This document shows positions 58,327 to 64,000 of a stretch of DNA of 64,000 nucleotides, piece by piece; position 1 is the stretch's first letter, and the number at the start of each line of letters is the position of its first letter. Origin of the DNA: Gammaproteobacteria bacterium (GTDB taxonomy: Bacteria; Pseudomonadota; Gammaproteobacteria; Eutrophobiales; Eutrophobiaceae); assembly GCA_965221695.1 (NCBI GenBank), contig OZ244905.1, positions 3,072,001 to 3,136,000 on the forward strand. The letters run 5' to 3'. The position numbers and the translations under genes were made by a program. The notes beneath the pieces were generated by a model. It saw nothing but the letters and a program-made list of their open reading frames with translations, had not been told where the DNA came from and searched no databases.

Positions 58327-58824
58327 ATGGCGCAAATTTATATCGGCGTGGGCAGCAACCTGGAGCGGGGGAAACACATCCGGGCCGGTATCCGGGCGCT
58401 CAAGGCAGAATTTCGGAATGTGCGCGTCTCGACCATTTACGAAAACAGGGCAGTAGGGTTTGACGGCGCGGATTTCTACAATTTCGTGGCGGGTTGTGAG
58501 ACCGACCTTGAGGCGGATCAGGTGGTCAAGCGATTGCGCCGGATTGAAGACGACTACGGGCGCGACCGGAGCGGACCGTATGTCTCATCCATTACCCTGG
58601 ACCTGGACTTGTTGCTTTACAATGATCTGGTTACCAGGTCTGATACATTTCAATTGCCTCGTTCGGACATCGATCGGTACGCTTTTGTATTGCGTCCCCT
58701 GGCGGAGCTTGCGCCGGAGCTGCGCCATCCTGTGTCCGGTAAAACCTGCGCCCGGTTATGGTCTGAATTCGACCAGTCGGCACAGAAATTATCGCCGGTC
58801 GAATTTGACCTGGAAGTGGAATGA
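58327..58824 (+). CDS. folK: 2-amino-4-hydroxy-6-hydroxymethyldihydropteridine diphosphokinase
   Basis: YIGVGSN, FYN, IE..GR, TLDLDLLLY, FVLRPLAELAP; start at MAQIY. Confidence 0.93.
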   Translation: MAQIYIGVGSNLERGKHIRAGIRALKAEFRNVRVSTIYENRAVGFDGADFYNFVAGCETDLEADQVVKRLRRIEDDYGRDRSGPYVSSITLDLDLLLYNDLVTRSDTFQLPRSDIDRYAFVLRPLAELAPELRHPVSGKTCARLWSEFDQSAQKLSPVEFDLEVE

Positions 58825-60044
58825 GGCATTTCCATATGGATCATGGTTCTGGTAGCGGCTTGGGCGCCGAACTGCAATTACCGGTCCCGTCGCGAGCGGC
58901 CCGTAAACATAGCGATGCGCTAGCAGGACTAATTTGTGAGCAGATTCACAGCAGCGGAGGCAGCATCAGCTTTGAACGTTTTATGGAAATGGCCTTGTAT
59001 GAGCCCGGTTGGGGTTATTACAGCGCCGGCGCGGCCCGGTTTGGCGCGGCTGGAGATTTTATCACTGCGCCCCAGGTTTCGCCCCTGTTTTCCCGCTGTC
59101 TGGCACGGCAATGCAGGCAGGCGCTGGCGGCGCTGCGCGCCGGTGATATCCTGGAACTGGGCGCGGGCTCAGGGCTTATGGCGCAGGATCTTTTGCTGGA
59201 ATTGGAAGCGTTGGACAGCTTGCCGGAACGTTACCTGATATTGGAAACCGGCGCAGATTTGCGCCGGCGCCAGCAGCAATTGTTCTCCAGCCGCATACCC
59301 CACCTGTTGCCGCGCATAAGCTGGCTGGATGCATTGCCTGAACAACCGTTGCGCGGTGTTATCGTCGCCAATGAGGTGGTTGATGCGTTGCCGGTAAAAC
59401 GGGCGCTGCTGAACCAGGGGAGGTTGCATGAGCTATGCGTAGGTCATGGCAGAGATGGTTTTTTCTGGATAGAGGCGCCCTGTGAGGACGATCAGCTCTC
59501 CACGGCCTGGGATGAGATCGCCGCAGGGCTGCCGGCGTCGCTTCCCGAACCCTACCGGACGGAGATAAACGTACGCGCCGATGCTTGGATGCGGTCGATG
59601 AGTGAGATTTTAAGACAAGGGGTGATATTGTTAATCGATTATGGCTACCCGCGCCGCGAATATTATCACCCCCAACGCGACCGGGGCGCTCTGGTGTGTC
59701 ATTACCGCCATCGTTCCCACGACGAGCCATTTTTTTATCCCGGCTTACAGGATATCTCCGCATCGGTGGACTTCAGCGCTCTGGCGCAGGCGGCTCAGGA
59801 AAGCGGATTGCGCCTGGCCGGCTATACCAGCCAGGCGCACTTCCTCATCGGCTGCGGCATGACTGAAATGGCCGCGTCCTTGCACAACGGTAACGGCTAT
59901 CTCGACCCCGCCATATCCGGCCAGGTCAAACGCCTGCTCCTACCGGGTGAGATGGGCGAACGTTTCAAGGTCATAGCCTTTGCCAGGAATTTCACGGAGC
60001 CCTTGTTGGGGTTTCAATTCATCGACCAACAGGAACGTCTTTAG
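58821..60044 (+). CDS. Class I SAM-dependent methyltransferase, MidA/NDUFAF7 family
   Basis: FMEMALYEPGWGYY, GDFITAP, ELGAGSG, ANEVVDALPV, DYG, QDISASVDF, MGERFKV. Confidence 0.9.
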   Translation: MRHFHMDHGSGSGLGAELQLPVPSRAARKHSDALAGLICEQIHSSGGSISFERFMEMALYEPGWGYYSAGAARFGAAGDFITAPQVSPLFSRCLARQCRQALAALRAGDILELGAGSGLMAQDLLLELEALDSLPERYLILETGADLRRRQQQLFSSRIPHLLPRISWLDALPEQPLRGVIVANEVVDALPVKRALLNQGRLHELCVGHGRDGFFWIEAPCEDDQLSTAWDEIAAGLPASLPEPYRTEINVRADAWMRSMSEILRQGVILLIDYGYPRREYYHPQRDRGALVCHYRHRSHDEPFFYPGLQDISASVDFSALAQAAQESGLRLAGYTSQAHFLIGCGMTEMAASLHNGNGYLDPAISGQVKRLLLPGEMGERFKVIAFARNFTEPLLGFQFIDQQERL

Positions 60045-60056
60045 CGGCGCAAATAA

Positions 60057-60848
60057 ATGGACAGTCTGCATGCCATCGTCCTGGGCCTGCTCCAGGGGCT
60101 GACCGAATTCCTGCCCATCAGCAGCTCAGCCCATCTTATCCTGCTGCCGAAGTTGGCGGGGTGGGCTGACCAGGGTCTGTTGTACGATGTTGGCGCGCAT
60201 TTCGGCAGCTTGCTGGCGCTGCTGATTTATTTCAGGACAGACCTGGCGCGTATGGGCGCGAGTTGGTTTAACTCGTTCAGCGCCGGGCGCAACCGCGCTG
60301 CTGACATGGTTTGGTTACTGGCGCTTGCTACTGTGCCAATCTGCCTGGCCGGCCTGTTGCTTCATCATACTGCCGAGCGCTTGCGCGACCCAATGGTTAT
60401 CGCCGCAGCGACGGTATTGTTTGGGCTGTTGCTGTGGTGGGCGGACCGCGCCGGCAAGCGCGCGCGAGATCTGGACGCGTTGGGAGTTCGTGATGCCCTC
60501 GTTATCGGTCTGTTCCAGGTATTGGCCCTGATACCGGGCGCATCCCGTTCGGGTATCACGATGACCGCAGGATTGTTGCTGGGCTTGAACAGGGAGGCTG
60601 CGAGTCGATTTTCCTTCCTGTTGGCAATCCCGACAATCCTGCTGGCTTCCGGTTATGAATTACTGAATGCCTCATTCTCTTCGGCAACCGTGGATTGGAC
60701 TGCGCTCGTCACGGTCAGCGCGCTGGCCTTCATCAGCGCTTACCTGACAATCCATTGGTTCCTGAAACTGGTGGAGCGTACCGGAATGTTGCCTTATGTC
60801 ATCTACCGCCTCGCGCTGGGTGGGGTATTGTTCATCCTATTCCGATAG
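60057..60848 (+). CDS. uppP: Undecaprenyl-diphosphate phosphatase
   Basis: QGLTEFLPISSSAH, PGASRSG, FSFLLAIP, YR. Confidence 0.96.
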   Translation: MDSLHAIVLGLLQGLTEFLPISSSAHLILLPKLAGWADQGLLYDVGAHFGSLLALLIYFRTDLARMGASWFNSFSAGRNRAADMVWLLALATVPICLAGLLLHHTAERLRDPMVIAAATVLFGLLLWWADRAGKRARDLDALGVRDALVIGLFQVLALIPGASRSGITMTAGLLLGLNREAASRFSFLLAIPTILLASGYELLNASFSSATVDWTALVTVSALAFISAYLTIHWFLKLVERTGMLPYVIYRLALGGVLFILFR

Positions 60849-60882
60849 TGTAAATCGTGATCTGAAACTTCATGCCTGCAGC

Positions 60883-62193
60883 ATGCGTCAATTTTTCTAC
60901 CTGACTTCAATCAGCAATTGTGCAAGACTGCTCCTGAAGATCGAAGCCCATGAGATCAGGGCGGCGCTGACCGCTTTCAGCTTCCTGTTCACTCTCATGC
61001 TGGCCTATTACACCTTGCGTCCGGTGCGTGATGCCATGGCCAGCGACTGGTCCGATGCCGAGTTGAGTTGGCTTTGGACATCTACCTTTGTCATCAGCCT
61101 GGTCGTCGTCAGCGTGTACAGCGGCGTGATTTCCAGGATCAGTTTTAAGCGCATCGTTCCGGGTGTGTACGGCTTTTTCTCACTATCTTTCCTTGCGTTC
61201 TACCTGGGCGCGCGCACGATGGACAACCCGGTTTACGCTGACAAGGCATTTTACGTCTGGCTTAGTGTCTTCAGCTTGTTTCATGTCTCCGTGTTCTGGA
61301 GTTTTATGACGGACATGTTCTCGAAGGAGCAGGGTAAAAGACTGTTCGGTTTTATCGCTTCCGGCGCCAGCATCGGCGCGGTGGCCGGGCCTGCTGTTCC
61401 GGTCTTTTTTTCCGCTTACCTGGGTGTTTATAACCTAATCCTGCTGGCAGCCGCGTTGTTAGCGCTGATGATCCCGCTGAGCGCGCGCCTGGAAAAACTG
61501 AAACGCATGGACCTGCAAGACGATCAGGCCGGCGCCGATGAGTCATCCTGGGTTGCCACAGGCGGCAACCCTTTGGCCGGTTTTGCCGATTTCTTCAGCA
61601 ACCGTCACCTGCTCGGGATCGGCTTGTTCATCCTGTTGTACACTGTGATCAGCGCGTTCGTTTATTTTGAACTGAAAAATATGCTGGCCGATTTCGACCG
61701 CGCCACCCGCTCGCAATACTGGGGGCTGATGGACTTGATTGTAAATTCACTTGCCGTAATTACCGCTATGTTTGCCACCAACCGCCTGGCCGTGCGCTTT
61801 GGGTTGCGCGTGACCTTATCGATAATACCTTTCGCGATCGTCGCCGGCTGGTTGATTGTGGCGATTGCTCCGCTGTTATCTGTGCTGATGGGTCTGCAGA
61901 TCGCGCGCCGCGCCGGCAACTATGCGATCACTCGTCCCGGCAGGGAGATGCTTTTCACCGAGGTAAGCCGGGAAACCCGATTCAGAACAAAACCGGTTAT
62001 TGATATCGTAGTCTACCGTGGCGGCGACATGTTGAGCGGCTGGGTGTACACCGGCCTGGCCGCTGGCTTTGGCCTGGGCCTGACGGGCATGGGACTGATC
62101 GGCGCCAGTATTGCGTTATTATGGGCAATCGTGGCAATATTCATCGGCAATGCGTATGATCGGGACCGTATAGCCACGGGTGAACCGGAATGA
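60883..62193 (+). CDS. NTP/NDP exchange (TLC/NTT-like) MFS-fold transporter
   Basis: YYTLRPVRDAM, SVFWSFMTD, KRLFGFIASG, YAITRPGREMLFT, IDIVVYRGGD; start uncertain. Confidence 0.8.
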   Translation: MRQFFYLTSISNCARLLLKIEAHEIRAALTAFSFLFTLMLAYYTLRPVRDAMASDWSDAELSWLWTSTFVISLVVVSVYSGVISRISFKRIVPGVYGFFSLSFLAFYLGARTMDNPVYADKAFYVWLSVFSLFHVSVFWSFMTDMFSKEQGKRLFGFIASGASIGAVAGPAVPVFFSAYLGVYNLILLAAALLALMIPLSARLEKLKRMDLQDDQAGADESSWVATGGNPLAGFADFFSNRHLLGIGLFILLYTVISAFVYFELKNMLADFDRATRSQYWGLMDLIVNSLAVITAMFATNRLAVRFGLRVTLSIIPFAIVAGWLIVAIAPLLSVLMGLQIARRAGNYAITRPGREMLFTEVSRETRFRTKPVIDIVVYRGGDMLSGWVYTGLAAGFGLGLTGMGLIGASIALLWAIVAIFIGNAYDRDRIATGEPE

Positions 62194-62250
62194 AATACAT
62201 CACAGGCTGCAGTCCGGGCCAATCCTGGTGAGAAATCCGGGCTAAACTCC

Positions 62251-63492
62251 ATGCAGGTATATCTGGTTGGCGGCGCGGTGCGCGACGAGTTGTTGGGGCT
62301 TGAGACAAGAGACCGCGATTGGGTTGTAGTCGGCGCAACGCCCGAACAGATGAGCGCCCTGGGATACCGGGCGGTCGGCAAAGAATTCCCCGTTTTCATT
62401 CACCCGGAGACCGGCGAAGAATACGCCCTTGCCCGTACCGAACGTAAAACCGGCCCGGGTTACAAGGGGTTCATCTTCGATACTTCAGATCAGGTCACCC
62501 TGGAGCAGGACCTGGCGCGCCGGGACATTACCATCAACGCGATCGCAAAAGACACAGACGGTAATCTGATCGACCCGTTCAACGGCTGCAAAGACCTGGC
62601 GAATAAGATTATCCGTCATGTCTCGGACGCATTTGTCGAAGATCCGCTGCGCACGCTGCGGGTCGCCAGGTTTGCCGCGCAATTCAATTTCTCCATCGCG
62701 GACGAGACACAATCCCTGTTAAAACAAATCAGCGCCACCAGTGAACTGCATACGCTTACGCCTGAGCGGGTCTGGGTCGAAACCGAAAAAGCGTTGCAGA
62801 CCCCGCGCCCGCGGCGTTATTTTGAGACGCTCAGGGAGTGCAACGCGCTGGCTGCATTGTTCCCTGAAATCGACCGGTTGTTTGGTGTTCCGCAACCGGC
62901 GCGCCATCATCCGGAAATCGACAGTGGCGCGCACACGCTGATGGCGCTGGACCAGGCATCCCGACTCAGCGCTGAGGTCGAAGTGCGCTTTGCCGCGCTG
63001 GTCCATGACCTCGGCAAGACCGCCACGCCGCGGGAACTGTTGCCCAGCCATCATGGCCATGAGCAGCGCGGCGTTGAACTGATCAACAAGCTGTGTGACC
63101 GATTGCGGATTCCGAACAAAAGCCGGGAGCTAGCCATCCTTGCCGCGCGTTACCACATGAACTGCCATCGCATCCGCGAGTTGAGCCCGGCCGTGGCGCT
63201 CAAAAAGTTGGAGGGGCTGGATGCCTTCCGCCGCCCGCAACGATTCGAGCAGTTCCTGCTTGTCTGTGAAGCCGACGCGCGCGGCCGCAAAGGCAAAGAG
63301 CCGCAAGACTACCCGCAGGCCGGGTTGTTCAGAAAATACCGCGACGCCTGTCTCACCGTGGATACCGGATATCCTGACCTGGATAAACTGTCAGGAAAGC
63401 AGATAGCAGAACGCATACGCGCGCAACGGATCCAAGCGATCAGGGAAGTGAAGGCGATGGAAAAATACGCCATAACATCGGATCAATATTAA
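62251..63492 (+). CDS. cca: Multifunctional CCA-adding enzyme
   Basis: YLVGGAVRD..DRDWVV, EYALARTERK, RRDITINA, EDPLR, HHPEID, HDLGK (HD domain). Confidence 0.97.
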   Translation: MQVYLVGGAVRDELLGLETRDRDWVVVGATPEQMSALGYRAVGKEFPVFIHPETGEEYALARTERKTGPGYKGFIFDTSDQVTLEQDLARRDITINAIAKDTDGNLIDPFNGCKDLANKIIRHVSDAFVEDPLRTLRVARFAAQFNFSIADETQSLLKQISATSELHTLTPERVWVETEKALQTPRPRRYFETLRECNALAALFPEIDRLFGVPQPARHHPEIDSGAHTLMALDQASRLSAEVEVRFAALVHDLGKTATPRELLPSHHGHEQRGVELINKLCDRLRIPNKSRELAILAARYHMNCHRIRELSPAVALKKLEGLDAFRRPQRFEQFLLVCEADARGRKGKEPQDYPQAGLFRKYRDACLTVDTGYPDLDKLSGKQIAERIRAQRIQAIREVKAMEKYAITSDQY

Positions 63493-63522
63493 GGGAAGCT
63501 CTGACTTAATCTCAGAGGTTCC
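63493..63522 (+). repeat. 30-bp mini form of the element at the cca stop codon
   Basis: TAA|GGGAAGCTCTGA-CTTAATC-TCAGAGGTTCC|TAA; the left TAA is the cca stop. Confidence 0.85.
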
Positions 63523-63549
63523 TAAGGCCTAACGACGAGGGTTATTTTT

Positions 63550-63954
63550 ATGTCTACGGTAAAGCTGGTTGAATATGACGAAGCAAGCCCGGAGGTAAGA
63601 GCGGTTTATGATGATATACGCCAGGTTCGGCAGACTGATTTTATCAATAATTTCTGGAAGGCCCTGGCCAATCACCCGGCTTTGCTGGAACAGGTCTGGT
63701 CCCGCGGGAAGGAGGTAATGGCGTCGGGGAAACTCGACGCGCTGACCAAGGAACTGATCTATATCGCGGTCTCGGTGGCCAATGCCTGCGAATACTGTGT
63801 GCATTCCCATACCGCTGCGGCCTTCGACAAGGGGATGAGCGAGGCTCAGTACGGGGAACTGCTCGCGGTCATTGCCCTGGCTCAACAGAACAACGGGCTG
63901 GCAAGTGGCATGCAGGTCGCCGTTGATGAAACCTTCCTCAGGAGAACCGAATGA
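63550..63954 (+). CDS. Carboxymuconolactone decarboxylase / AhpD-like protein
   Basis: NNFWKALANHP, KELIYIAVSVANACEYCVHSH. Confidence 0.88.
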   Translation: MSTVKLVEYDEASPEVRAVYDDIRQVRQTDFINNFWKALANHPALLEQVWSRGKEVMASGKLDALTKELIYIAVSVANACEYCVHSHTAAAFDKGMSEAQYGELLAVIALAQQNNGLASGMQVAVDETFLRRTE

Positions 63955-63963
63955 ATAAACTAA

Positions 63964-63991
63964 GGAACCTCTGACTTAATCAGAGGTTCCC
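63964..63991. repeat. 28-bp mini form of the element
   Basis: TAA|GGAACCTCTGA-CTTAA-TCAGAGGTTCCC|TAA. Confidence 0.85.
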
Positions 63992-64000
63992 TAACGCCGC

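Overview
This is a 64 kb bacterial chromosome segment with gammaproteobacterial-style core gene order: miaB-phoH-ybeY-corC-lnt, rpsU-yqeY-dnaG-rpoD-tRNA-Ile2, tsaD/plsY, and folB-folK...uppP...cca. It also carries the glnE 3' part, gltBD, hemE, pdxH, two DAHP synthase paralogs flanking phoX and fccAB, and an elongator tRNA-Met. Accessory content includes a 2928-aa RTX-type Ca-binding repeat protein followed by an ankyrin protein. A ~13 kb defence island lies between plsY and folB (WYL regulator, type IC restriction-modification, Dsr1-like SIR2 protein, hipBA, IS remnants, tRNA-Ser 3' fragment). The most unusual signal is a non-coding repeat family with nine copies in the window: four 152-bp copies made of five back-to-back hairpins and flanked by 3-bp TNA duplications, one internally deleted ~82-bp copy and four 27-30-bp single-hairpin minis. 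The divergent full copy shows several compensatory base-pair changes and strand-biased G-U wobbles. Copies have been co-opted as stop codons (dnaG, ybeY) and possibly as an RBS. All calls come from reading the sequence and the ORF track by eye; no searches were run.
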